Positions 1 to 12,187 of a stretch of 64,000 nt of DNA are shown here, piece by piece; positions within the stretch are counted from its first letter, which is position 1, and each line of letters begins with the position of its first letter. This stretch comes from Botryllus schlosseri (taxonomy: Eukaryota), in the NCBI GenBank assembly GCA_051294905.1, contig CM119378.1, forward strand, positions 10,106,001 to 10,170,000, written 5' to 3'. The notes under the pieces are model-generated. The model was not told the origin of the DNA. It made no database searches and saw nothing but the letters and a program-made list of their open reading frames with translations. The position numbers and the translations under genes were made by a program.

Positions 1-1
1 G

Positions 2-406
2 GCCGAATGCGATTTGAGTAAGTTCGGCTCCGCCGATCCGGCCCGGCCCACGTGGACTAGCACTGTCGCCAATCACGGCCGCTCTCCGAACCAGACGACG
101 CCCGATTCTGTCCGGGCGCGGTCGCAAACGCCCGCCGCAAACTCGTTTGGCGCGATCGAATCTAGCAACCCCGTTAATAACTGTTTGAATAACGTTTTGT
201 CGCGCGGCATATCGCCGCAGTCCATCGAGCCCGCGTCGTCTCCGTGTACTCCGGTTTCCGACATGGTACAGGGCGCGCTCCGTACGAACGATTCTCCTAC
301 TTTCTTCAATAATAATAGCAGGACAGACGACTTGTTGAGCGGTGGCGGCAAGGCGAAAAAACAGCCTGGCAACTCGCCGGCGTCCGCGTTGCCGCTGCAG
401 AGCTAG
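2..406 (+). CDS. Probable 3' terminal coding exon of an unidentified upstream gene (S/P/N-rich low-complexity C-terminus)
   Basis: Frame is open from the window edge (AECDLSKFGS...) to TAG at 404-406; GC-rich, then an abrupt shift to AT/T-rich UTR-like sequence. No domain recognised. Confidence 0.45.
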   Translation, partial: AECDLSKFGSADPARPTWTSTVANHGRSPNQTTPDSVRARSQTPAANSFGAIESSNPVNNCLNNVLSRGISPQSIEPASSPCTPVSDMVQGALRTNDSPTFFNNNSRTDDLLSGGGKAKKQPGNSPASALPLQS

Positions 407-797
407 TGCCGTCACGGGGTATGCCGGTAGGGGCGGGCTTTCGGCAATATCTATATTTTTTTCTACGCGACATCGCATTGTGCATCGGTCGGAGATATGT
501 TTTAGGCATGAAAGGTTTTTTGTTTCTTTTCGGCTTTCCCCTATCCGGTTCTCTCGTGTCTTCTTCTGTCGCAGAAATTCCAGCGAAAATGCATATCCCC
601 CTGAAAATCGATACAGTGAGTTGTTACGTTCGTTTCTTGTCTGGCGTCGCGTTCCACGATCCTTACCGTTTTCCGACGAGGTCTTAGATACACACTTGTG
701 ATTATGAAATTTGAAAGGAAAATTACTGCGTCCCTTCAAATTCGGTACTCTCCCGCATGTGGCCCGTGTATTTTTGCGTATACCCTGCACCGAACGC

Positions 798-803
798 AAT
801 AAA
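798..803 (+). terminator. Candidate polyadenylation signal of the upstream gene
   Basis: AATAAA ~390 nt after the stop, followed by GT-rich sequence; motif only. Confidence 0.2.
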
Positions 804-2179
804 GGTGTTTGAGGGTACCTGGTCCCGGCTTTGATTTGCGCTGCTGTCGTTAGATTCAGATATTTTCTATAATTTGGTTTTGATGGGATTGTCGAAAGAT
901 TTTGCGTATCACCTGACGCGGGGTCTGCTATATAGCTTGTATACATAATATAAAAGATTTTAGGATTAGAGAATTGTCGGTGTCTTATCGAATGAAATGT
1001 AACCGAGTCGGTCGGCCGGTAACTCTTTTACCGCAACTTACATGTTCCAATGCTACTAGAAGCTAATTGTGTGGTTTCCGTGACGCTTTCTTTGGGCAGG
1101 CAGAGAACCGTTTGTGATGTCTGCTTGTCGGGAGTTGCAATACTAATGTCTTTCGATTTTGAGTGGTCCGTTTTTATGGCGCAGTCCAGATGGAGTTTTT
1201 TTTCTGTCGTTGAGTACGTACTAGGTATAACTGCAGACTGTCTTTCGCGATCTTGGCATGTCTATATCGCCGCGCGATTCCACAGCGGCAAACATGTTTC
1301 AATTAGGATGAAAACAGTTCCTCGTAAATTTTGACGAAATTCTTGCCATGCTGCCTGGTATCGCGTTGGTCATCGAAAAAAGATTCGGTCCGTCTGTGCA
1401 TGCGATTTTTCATGTCTTTGTATTAACGATTACTTGTTTGAAAGAGATATTTCAGCTTTTTTCCTATATTGAGAATATTTTCCCCGGTTATCGACCGACG
1501 CGGCGTGATTAAATGTAAACGCGTATATGATCTATCTTGCGTTCTATTTCGATGACTCTTTCTACTTGCTACTTTTTTGTTACTTTTTCTCCCCAAATAT
1601 CATGAATTCTTTGGTTTCTATGGCATTGCATTTCTAGTTTTATTTTCTCGCGACGCCCGTGTCTACGCTGGTCTCGTTGATATTTTCACCGGAATACAAT
1701 GTACTTGATAAGATTGAGATATGCAAACTGGTCCGGGTCTAGTGGCGGTAAGAAGTCACAGCATTGGTAGTATTCGTTGCATTAGGTTGGACCGGCTGTC
1801 CTCGTTAAATTCCATGATATAGATAGAGCCATTAGACAGGCATCTCTCGAAGGTGTAGCTGGAGGTGGCTAATGCGCTTCTACCACTCACTGTGAAGTCA
1901 CATTAAGTCGGGCAGGAATGAGTTGAAAAACGTTTCCCCGCACTATTACGGTTCTGGCGACGCCATTGACATTTCAGAGCGCAAGAGTTGCGACTGTGAT
2001 TTTGTAGTGTGTCAGTGGAGTCAGCCACGGATGCTTCGACTGCCATCGGTAGCTGCACTGTTGCCCGAGTGTCGGACAAATTAAATACGCCGTTTGACTG
2101 GCGGCCCATAAACGTCAGCTAAAATACGGCGTGGATGTTGACAGCAGGTTGCCGCGTGCAGAGTTGCTCAATGTTGCGA

Positions 2180-2410
2180 GAATTGGTACTCCAGTAGATG
2201 TAGCGATTCCAAGCTATGTCAAAGTTACTTCCAAGTAGGAGTAGACAGTAAGATGTCTATAAAGTAGATTTGGCTGAGGCGTCGCATACTTCCAGTAGTC
2301 TGAGGCAGATATTTTAAATTGAAAGGTAGCTGCTAACGCAAAACCACTACTGGTGATGCAAGAAGGTGCGCACTTCGAAAAAAAAACATTCAGTTTCCGC
2401 GTGACGGGGC
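2180..2410 (+). mobile_element. Partial copy of old MITE family E
   Basis: AGTAG-rich arm, AAGTAGATTTGG at 2262-2273, then aaggtgcgcacttcgaaaa...cattcagtttccgcgtga; same block order as the copies at 49.7k, 54.8k and 60.9k. Confidence 0.5.
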
Positions 2411-4129
2411 TATTTCACTCGTAGAAATGATGCAACTGTAAAGTATACAGTGTAAATCTAACCAAAAACTACATGTAACTTTCACAGTAAGTAGTGAAGC
2501 AAGTGAACAAAGCGCTGTCTGGCTCTTAGCTTCACTCTCGTTTTGTCAGACGGGATTGTTGCGTCACCATGTCAAAACTCGATCACGATGCAAAATACGG
2601 AGCAGATTTTTGGGGTTTCCAGGACCATGAGCAGACCAAAATTTATATTTTCGTAATCAGTACAGCAGCAGCTTTCCATTGATACCCGTTTTATCGAATT
2701 TAGCGCTCGGCAAGTCTCGATAACACAAACATAATTATCCAACACCGTTTGTTTTAAATGCAATCCTTTAAATGCACCCCACTTATTGACCGCAGAAATC
2801 AATTAGTTTTCAAAGCTGGTGGAAATAGGACCCATCCGAAGGATAGATGGATAATTCCATATATACAGAGAGCTTTGGTCGTTTTTTTTTCGGTAGGCTC
2901 TGTTGACATTTTTGCGTTGCATTGAGTTAATTTCTTATCGATGCATCGGTTGTTGAAGATGTGTTCAGTTCAGGGTAACCGTTATCAAGTAAGATTTTGC
3001 GGTTGTCAAGCTCCAACTCCGTTTGTAAGCCGAACTGTTCATACGCTGTATGCACGAGGGTGCCTATGAGGGAGGTTGGTTATTCTAGACTAGATAGTAT
3101 TCATTCGGTAAGATATGCTGGTGTTTTGTCTTGAACTTGGACATGCTCCAGGACTGTCGGATTGCCGCTGAGTACTGTTCCAGTTCCAGTTCTACAGTCC
3201 TTGTACATCAAGATAACATTGTTCGGATCAGTTCGCGGAATTTTCAGTGACGCGAGTCAAGCCATTTCAAATTATGTCGAGATGATTTGAAGTCACTAAA
3301 TGTTCTTTGCAGTTTGTGCCATTTCCGTTAATGACCCCGCTGTACCGTCTAACTAAACGGCAAAATAGTTCGCGGCACCCGAGTACCCAGTGCGAGATTT
3401 GGGAATCCGACGACTATAAAAAGGTCATACTCACACGTCATGACACTGTTCACAGCAGTTATCAGCATTACCTACTGCCAAACCTAAATATCACGTTATG
3501 CCCGGGTGCTGACCATTCATTTTAGTCTCAAACACTACTATCTGTGGGGAGTGGGCGTAGTAGCAAATCCCCCGCCATCGACATTGGTTGTCAGTAGCAC
3601 AATCCGCAGCGTCAGGGGTTTATCCGGGCTCCTCCCGTACGTCGATATGCTCACAAGATCGTTAAAAGAGCCCAGAGAAAGACATTAAGACGAATTCAGA
3701 GCATTGAAAAAAGGAAGCCTCTCATAAACGACAGATAAAGATCGAACACTGTTTCATCCGGCAAGGCGAATGTCCGATTGAGAGACCGTACTTGAATGAT
3801 TCGGCATCCTCCTAACTGCGAGCGGATGAAAATGTTAGTACCGCCGATTATAGGCTACCGGTTCCCGGGAACACAGGGTACCATTACTGGTCTAAACGCA
3901 CTACGTGACTACGTAGTACGCATTGCACCGTGACGTGTGTCGCCACGTGAGTATCTTCTATTGTGATGTGATAAAATCGCGGAATCCTTGGTGAAAATAG
4001 GGCAATGTGTAGTTTTATCAGACCGTCCCCTAAAACCCAGGACAAATCTGAATAATCAGAACGGTATGGCAAGCTTGATTATAATGCAATCACGTTGCTT
4101 GCAGCAATGTCATATACTGCGTTGCGGAC

Positions 4130-4320
4130 CCCCGGTTGAGAACCACTGGATTAGGACATCAGGGGTGGTCAACCTGTATACATTAGAGATGTGCGGATCA
4201 TGTTTTTTGGGGATTCGGATCCAATCCTGTTCGATAAAATGGATTCATGATCCAATCCAGATCCTCTGTTTCCGTCTCAAATGTTATAATGCGGATCCAA
4301 AATATCCTGCACACGGCTGA
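4130..4320. mobile_element. Cluster of MITE end fragments
   Basis: ggttgagaaccactg (Charlie/MER5-like right end) at ~4134-4148, caggggtggtcaacc left end at 4160, and a GGATCC/ATCCA-rich element ~4184-4320; no matching partner ends or TSDs found. Confidence 0.35.
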
Positions 4321-5334
4321 GCGTCTATTTGCCCATGTCGTCCAAATTTTCCAAATTCCACCTCGGTCATTATAATTATACCTTCGTCACTACATTTATA
4401 TCGGCATGTGTTGGGGGCCGTTAATATGCAATTTGAATTGGTTCCCAAACCTCTGAGAGATTTTAATTCGGCTACAAAATTTTCTTCAAGTACGATTCTG
4501 GGTGACTTGGATTTTTCGTTATTAATATGATATAGTGTCCTTGCAATCGGAGCCACACCGTACAAATGTGAAACGCATAGGAAAGTGATGCGCTCCATGA
4601 AGAAATACCAAGTTAGATCCGTGTGCGTCTCACGAATGACGGTTTTTCTAGTACGGTTCAAGTAAATCCAATATATTTTGGCTACCTACAATCCTGATGG
4701 GAGGTCGGGAAATTATAAACATGCAGTAAAGCGATTAACAAACGCGGAAGATGCATTATCATTAATTTTGTGACCAAAAGTTTCGAAGACATCCCCTCCA
4801 TCAGCTTTACCGGTTAATCTGATCACGTGGGCTGAGAATGGATAAATAATTGACAAGAATATATGAAACTACCAATATTATCGAGAAAAGTCATTTATGA
4901 GGTTGAAAACATTGTTGAAACTTTCCCTAACAATAATACTCAACGATTTAGGTGCACACTGTGGGTGGTGGGTGTTCGGCTTCTACAATTAGAAACCTTT
5001 ATGCACAAGGTAGGCCTGTATCTCAAGAAAACAGTGATGGCACAGAACACCAGAAGGTCTCTGCGCGGTGCGATGTTCCCGGTATATTCAATTTCATATG
5101 AGTATCTGTCGTCCTGATGGGCCATGACGACTCTCCACTGGAATGCGGTCGTATGCTATATATGTAATCGAAACGCCGCCGTATATAGCATAAAGGTTGA
5201 ACAGAACATTCCCGGATAAGGCTTACTACGAAAACAGTATGTTATGCGGTCAGGGGTGTACGAGTGTTGAGTAGCCTACACGTTAAAGAGCACTGTTCTT
5301 GAGGGCGACAATACCAACACACATTCAGATACAG

Positions 5335-6207
5335 CAGGGGCGGGCAACTTCTCCATTCGGCGGGCCGGATATTGAAAATTAAGTACTTGGCGGGCCGGAT
5401 TGCTGAATTGATACATTATTCACCCAGTTATCCACATATACAAGGAATAAATCTTGTTTAATGAATGTATTTTAACGACAGGAATTTAACTTTAAAGCCA
5501 GTTCTCGCCAGTAATGACGAAGACAATGTGGATTTGAGAACAGCATTGTCATACAGGCACCACCCTGTCTGCTTATCTCTGATCAATCAACACACTGTAC
5601 AATGCTTAATGAAGATTTCAAGGCGTTCGATAAGCCCGGTACCCCAAATTTACCAAATATCAACTCATTAGGGTTTCGTAGGTGACGAGATAGCGTGGTT
5701 GTTCAACTGTGTGGCCTATTTTATCTCGATATTGAATTCATGCAGCCCGCGGCCTCGGAATTTGAAAGTGGCCCGCGACCCGTTTTGAGTTGGCGAACCC
5801 TGGCATACGTGGTGTCTTACAAAAGGCTAGAAGTGTGCCGTGCAGCAAGTCGACGGTTACGGAATCAAAAATAAGAAATATCGGCCTGGTGTAAATGACC
5901 AAGTCGACAAACACCATGATTACCACAAATGACATTAGGGTTGAGTACATCGTAAATGCCGATATTGCAAGTCTTCTCGCTTCGACGAACTTACGCGTAA
6001 GCTCCACCCTCGCTCGCTGCGCATACATGTGTATAATTGCATACAGTCAATAAAATTTGATGTATGTAAGTAAGCAAGTAGTGGGGAATCTCGGAAGACT
6101 GGGGCCGCGGGCCACATTATCATGTAAGACGGAAAACTGTCCGCGGGCCGGATAAAATCCCTTCGCGGGCCGGATCCGGCCCGCGGGCCGTATGTTGCCC
6201 GCCCCTG
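5335..6207. mobile_element. Non-autonomous hAT element (873 bp)
   Basis: TIR CAGGGGCGGGCAAC...GTTGCCCGCCCCTG; perfect 8-bp TSD AGATACAG (5327-5334, 6208-6215); subterminal GCGGGCCG repeats. Confidence 0.92.
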
Positions 6208-7029
6208 AGATACAGTAATATACCGTATATATGGGCCTTGGGCTATAGTAGCCCTATTAATGGCTTGGGGTTCTCAAAATACATGCAACAGGGCGTTGTG
6301 GATATCCCAGATATATATTGATGGACCACACAATAACCAAGTAAATTCATGAAATAGGGAAATCTGGATATCACCAAGCAAACACGTTTAATCGCTTTGC
6401 ATGTTTCTGAGGTCTGTACTGTATAATCAGCCTATCTCGTCGTGCTCGGTAATTTCGCATCAGATACGCAAAATTAAAACCAGCAAGCTGCCCTGCGCAT
6501 TGTGCCTCTAACGACGGGGAAACTATATACTGCTATATGCTAATAATCGTGTAAATGACACTGGAAAAGCGATTATCCATTCCGCGTGACATTCTGCGCG
6601 TGACATTCTGCGCATGCCCTCCGCTTCCCTCCGTTCCCAACACGAGACCATAATCGAATTTACATCGTTAATCACGATAAATGGATAGAATTTATACGAA
6701 GAGAATCGCTTGCTGGAAAACACGCAACGATAGGAAAAATGCGTTCAAACTACACGAAGGCAAATACCAATGATAGAAGATAACCAGGTTCAACCACCTC
6801 AGGTTGAAGCTATATGCATGGTTTGCGCGCGACACTTTAACCAATCGCCTCCCGACAGTAACAAGAAAACGCACTTCCTCCGTCCTCCCACGCGAAACCT
6901 ATTACGATCCGCCTACCACCCGTCTCAGTATGTGTCTGTAACACAAGTTATACGTCTTCAACATCAGCATCAACACCGCCGTCCGGCGTCGCCATGGTCT
7001 CGCAATCCCGTGCAACTTTTTAGCCAGTT

Positions 7030-8115
7030 TCAGACGATGTCAACATCTCGAAGCGTGGGCGAATCGCTGATACTGAAAGGCGGTTTGCTCTGCGATTCGG
7101 ACAGCAGCTTTAGCGAGGTTGGAGACCGCGGATGGCTTATGTCTGTCTCACATATTTTCTCCGCGCTGTCTGAGATTTGATTGGACGAGATATTCTGTAG
7201 TTTTATGTGCATGCCGCTGTCGTTTTGCCGATGCCATAATTCTAAAGCTTCTAGCATCGGCGACGCCGTCCCGTCTTTCCATTTCTGCTCTTTAATCGGA
7301 ACCCACACCAGACCGATCATGAATATTATCACTCCGGTCGAGAGAGTTATAGGGCCCCACGTAAAATACGGCACGTTCGTGCTGGGACTCGCGCCGCCCA
7401 CTTCCCCGACCACGTCCTCGTACATAAAATGGAACACAGTGAGGGTGACGCCGCCGATTATGAAAAGACTGCCGAAAACTAGAAACAGGACCGGTTTTGA
7501 GAAGTAGATAAGGCGCGATTTGAGAACGCAACCGCACACGCGTTGACCGCGCGACACCGCGTCGTGCGCGGTTATATAATCGCGCTTTCCCTGTCTGGCC
7601 ATGCCGGCGTTGCCGGCTGACCGACGCGAGCTGGATGAACCGGTCGTTGACGAGGTAGACGCTGCGGAATTTCTCCTGCGCCTTGAAGATCTGCTAAGAT
7701 CGCGTTTTGACTTGCGACTCTCTCGCGACCTGATGCTCTCCGTCCGCGCCAGCTCCATCAACATTTCGCCTCTACGCACGCGTTCACCCGAGCCTCTTCT
7801 GAGAGACCGCCTTGACCCCCGCGACCCAGGCCGTGGAGAGGTCGGGTACAAAGAAGTTCGCGATCCACGCAAGCTAGACGCGTCCTGCGTGCGAATATCC
7901 GCATGTTTTCTACCGCTGATCGGATGCGGTGTCACACTCAACGTGTCCAGCGAGCACGCGCTGTTGATTTCAGCCTGTACGACTGAGGTGACTTGCCGTC
8001 CTCGGGAGATTGGTGTTTCCCGCGCGCTGGGAAGTGGCGGGCTTGTCGGGCAATCCTCTAAGACGGAGTGGGGAAGGTTGGAGGATTGCGTCTGGTCCGG
8101 ATGCGGCTCCGACAT
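7030..8115 (-). CDS. PIRT: PIRT-like phosphoinositide-interacting two-TM protein, 361 aa, single coding exon
   Basis: Two hydrophobic segments, YFSKPVLFLVFGSLFIIGGVTLTVF and WGPITLSTGVIIFMIGLVWVPI. The Y..KP...G, GP..LS.G and GLVWVPI+basic motifs match vertebrate PIRT as recalled. A canonical acceptor (cctacacag) lies 5 nt before the ATG, implying an upstream 5'UTR exon. Confidence 0.82.
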   Translation of the reverse strand: MSEPHPDQTQSSNLPHSVLEDCPTSPPLPSARETPISRGRQVTSVVQAEINSACSLDTLSVTPHPISGRKHADIRTQDASSLRGSRTSLYPTSPRPGSRGSRRSLRRGSGERVRRGEMLMELARTESIRSRESRKSKRDLSRSSRRRRNSAASTSSTTGSSSSRRSAGNAGMARQGKRDYITAHDAVSRGQRVCGCVLKSRLIYFSKPVLFLVFGSLFIIGGVTLTVFHFMYEDVVGEVGGASPSTNVPYFTWGPITLSTGVIIFMIGLVWVPIKEQKWKDGTASPMLEALELWHRQNDSGMHIKLQNISSNQISDSAEKICETDISHPRSPTSLKLLSESQSKPPFSISDSPTLRDVDIV

Positions 8116-8167
8116 CGAGGCTGTGTAGGACGGCGGATTTGTGATGACGTGATCTGCAATGGGTAGT

Positions 8168-8280
8168 CAGAGATGTAGTTGGTGTTGGTGCTCAAAGAGA
8201 AGTAGAATTAGAATGGTAAATTTCTACTCTACTACAAGACGGGTCAAAACTACTTTCAAGTGGAAGTAGTAAAGGAAGGT
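8168..8280 (+). mobile_element. Partial family E MITE arm in the PIRT 5'UTR intron
   Basis: cagagatgtag start and caaaactactttcaagtggaagtagtaaaggaagg resemble blocks at ~49775 and ~54950. Confidence 0.35.
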
Positions 8281-8571
8281 ATTGATATTGTGTTGTATTG
8301 ATAAGATAAGACAGTGGTGCTTATAGGCTTATGAGGCTTTGTGCTCCACGACAATGACGCAATGGCGATTTCAACAGTTCAATGCATTTTGTTTTATTGA
8401 CGACTTTTCTTGCTCTTTCTCGCATACTATTAGCAGAAAAAAAACGGAGGTGCAATCTCACATTGCAAGAATTTGCCAGGAATCGCATCTTCACGACTAT
8501 AATGTAAAAGAATTAATGACACTGCAAATAGCTGCAATTTCTTGAAAATTATTGAGTTTGGATGTTGTGAG

Positions 8572-8766
8572 AAATGTTCCCTCTTAAGCTGCGCGCGTGC
8601 GCAAATGCGCATTTCTGACGCGGTCTCTGCGCACAGAAAATCTAAGTTGCGCCCAAAAAATCCGAAGTGATGACCTTTCTTATAGTCGTTACGCACGGTT
8701 GTCCAAGGGTCTGCGCAGTGAGTGGGTGAGTGTGCGCACACTCGTCAAAAATTAGAGGGAACATTG
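8572..8766. mobile_element. Short hAT MITE (CAATGTTCC family)
   Basis: TIR (c/a)AATGTTCCCTCT...AGAGGGAACATTG; TSD GTTGTGAG (8564-8571, 8767-8774); homologous to 53989-54181 in the opposite orientation. Confidence 0.88.
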
Positions 8767-10883
8767 GTTGTGAGTGCAATCTTGCACGTTTCTTACCACA
8801 ATTTCACTCAGGGTCGTTGTTGTTGTTTTGGTATGTTTCGAACACACCGGGTCGATATTCTTTATTGTGATTCCTGATCTGCCGAATTGTAGCGCGACCC
8901 ATTTTTCGTTCTAGGTTTTTATGAGACACCGCTAATGCAGATCGGACGGCGAGTATAGGAGCCTAGATAAACCTACAACACTTCGGTAGGAATTCTAGAC
9001 CCGTTCTCGGTCGCCATGGAAACATATCCCGAAACTATTTTTGACTTTACATAATCCGATGCGTGAGAATAAGTGTCTAGTTTTTCTTAAAATACTGTTA
9101 CGCAGACGGGAAGTAGTCGAAAAACATGAGTAAGTAATACGAGCATCGAGCAAACAAGCCTAAAGGAGAGGACGTAGACTTCGAGTGATGTAACTATACT
9201 AAACTGCTTTAGGTGGAAGTAGATAAGGAAAGGTAGGGGAATAATCGAGTAGCTTCAAGAAGTATTTAAGATTCTAAATGAACGCCTGCAATAACTCTCA
9301 AAAATACGACACAAAACACCTCGACTATAACCCACAATTGGTGACGACGGCCCAACACTATTATATAGGAGTTATTTTCAAACTACAATATTCCCTTATA
9401 TCGCAAATATATGACGATTTGACGCATAAAATATTACCACTGAAATCATGACTTATATTCAGATAGGCGAATTTCAAAGGTATGTAACGAAGCAGAAAAT
9501 AACCGTTCAGGCACAAGCCGAAATCGCAAAACAAACATCTGGCAATGTACACTGTACAGTATATTGAGGGAAAGCAGGCTGAAGTACTTCGATAAATTGA
9601 AGCGGGCTCAATTCATTGTTGACAGCCGCTGAATGCGATACGTAAATGGTTCAACGTATCTGTGCATAAAACTAATCAACTCAAACGAATACCTATTAGC
9701 ATGTACAAATTACATTGATTTATACAGACACGAAGATGGCAAATATACATCAGCTGAATCCGATGCCTATCAGCCAACGCGGCTACCGTACTCTAGGTGG
9801 TTGAGTTTTAAATTACGTCCGCAAAACCATCTCTAAAGTCACGTGATTTTGGGTGTGTCCGCCAGCATGTTTAATAATTGCTAACATCGCTACGGAAATC
9901 GATGGAAATTCGTTACCAATATTAGGATTCAATTTGAATCGACGGATTTTTTCATGCAAACCAATTTTTATGACATAGTATCCGGACACCCTGAAAAGTA
10001 AAATATGTCGAATTTGGATATGTGACGCGCAGCACGATGACGTATGGCATCGTAGTAATAAAGTGTTCCTAGATATAAGTGGGCAGCAAATAAATCGATG
10101 CGGAATGTAAGAGCTTATCTGAAAGGATGCAGAGGGGTAGAAGGAGAGATTTCAAAATCTGCGGGTAACGAACATAGCAATATAAATCGATGCAGCTTGA
10201 TCTTGCGACTCGAGCCGGCACCTTGTAACTCCAAACACTACATATAAAGCTCCGCCACGAAATGCCACGGGGTCGGCCTAGCAAATATATTCTGCTATGT
10301 AGTTCTGAGCATTGGGCCGTTTTAATCTTGTTCGGCGTCACGACCACAGTCCATACTCGAGTGAATAGTGAACAGACTGAATGAACACAGTTTATGGGAG
10401 GTAATTAATCACAAAACATCAGTTTATGGTCGAGCCTTGATAGCTGAATACTTAATAGTGCATATATATATAGTCAACCTGGAGTAGTTTAACCCGAGTA
10501 GTTTAATCATAGATGCTAACGATGACGCAGGTTTAATGCAAATGCTCCTGGATTGCAGCCATCCGACAGTCGACGACCATGTCCACATTCAAGTCGAAAA
10601 ACAAGCAATTACTACTAAACAAATACAGTCCATCCTCAAGATTACCGGATCACGACTGATTTATCGATCTCGCTTCCCCTGACAAGCCACCCGATTTCTT
10701 GTAGTTTTTTCTATACTATCTTCTTCACTTTCATTCAGTGTGCATGCCTCCTCTTTACATCGCCTAGGCGAAGGTGGGTGTCTGATTCCATAGACTACTC
10801 CAAGTCGCTGCGACATCTTCCTGCCTTTTCATTGAATCGCATTTTTTGTGGTGTATTGAACTGATCAAATTGCTAATAAACCA

Positions 10884-10918
<35 letters not shown>
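10884..10918. repeat. (ATG/GAT)n microsatellite, ~11.7 units
   Basis: Perfect trinucleotide run. Confidence 0.95.
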
Positions 10919-11796
10919 ATCGAAACACAAACCAGGCAAACATGCACGGGAATATCTGGTGTTTTAGGGCGCATGACACCATAAACTGAAAGTGCTTATT
11001 ATAGTTTGTCGGGTTTTGTATATTGAAAACATGTGAGTTTATAATCCGTTGATCCAGAATTGCACAGAGGTGGCACGCTTACCGCACAACCAGAAAGATA
11101 CGCACACACACACGCGCGCACGCTAGTTTCCCAAGCAAACTCACCCGAGTCTCCCGTAGAATATTCCGTCAATCTTTCTGACATACTCATCAATGAATGT
11201 CTTCCACTTTGGCGATGTTGGTTCGATACTCATCGATCAGTCCAAACCAAGCCGGTTTTTACAAGAATTAATATACAAGTGACAGGAAAATCTGCTGCCT
11301 GAGATAAAGTAACAATGATGCAGCGACTCTTTAGGAATCATGTCGACCATCGGGAATCATAAGTGAGAAATTATGGCGAGGCAATAACTCATCCTAAAAT
11401 GGATGAAGATGGAAATTCTGAAATTGCACGTACAAACTAAAACCCATATCAACTTGGTGAGTGCTGAATTATTAAAACATGCACCGTACTTCAATTTGCC
11501 GCCAATTCGCTTTGAGACTGTTCTGAGGGCGGATTCTTTTAAATATTTCACGCCCGGCTCCCCGAACCTACAACCGAATGACATTGAGATCTTTCTCCGC
11601 AAACTCAAAGGGCGCGGGTCTAGGGACAAACAGAAAGTTCGCGGATTACCTTCGAAACAGATTCCTATATTTCTATTGATTAGGGCTTAGGCACAACCAA
11701 AGACACGTTTTCAATGGGCGAATTATTTACGAAGCATGCATGATTTTCCGAAACCGAAAGGGCGAAGAACAGCGTAGATAGATCACATTTGAGCAT

Positions 11797-12187
11797 TAGG
11801 GCTCTTCAAAAATGACTTTTTTTCTCAAATCTTACTGGCTACTTGATATTCTTTATTTATTTTTTATAGCGGTGCCCACCGTAAATACTATTTTATTCTA
11901 ATCAAAATTTTCGACGGCAATAACTCTGCTTCCACTGGTTGGAATGGAACCGAATTTGGTGAGCATCGTTTCTACAGACAACCTAACACTTTCAAGGGGT
12001 GAACAGTAAATTTTGAATTTTTTGGTATTTATTTTTATATAATAAATATAAACTTTCTTCTGTAGCAATGCGGCTACTGGTTGGAATTGAACCAAATTTG
12101 GTGTGTAGGCTTAAATAAGGTAACCTAACAATTTTATCAAGTAGCCAGTACGATTTGAGAAAAAATAGTCATTTTTAAAGACCCCTA
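11797..12187. mobile_element. hAT MITE family A, internally deleted copy
   Basis: TIR TAGGG(C/G)TCTT(C/T)AAAAATGACT; TSD TTGAGCAT (11789-11796, 12188-12195); retains one long arm of the 13019 copy. Confidence 0.9.

Noticed and set aside
73-372. 99-aa minus-strand ORF
   Set aside because: Antisense to the longer plus frame that is followed by UTR-like sequence; no recognisable motif.
4149-4156. GATTAGGA next to a MITE end, identical to the TSD of the 25916 element
   Set aside because: The sites are ~22 kb apart with unrelated flanks; best explained by shared nnnTAnnn target preference or chance.
7601-8128. 175-aa plus-strand ORF (and 7181-7507, 6770-7180)
   Set aside because: Antisense shadows of the GC-rich PIRT-like CDS; no domain features.
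10764-10982. Poly-His ORF
   Set aside because: Produced by the (ATG)n microsatellite.
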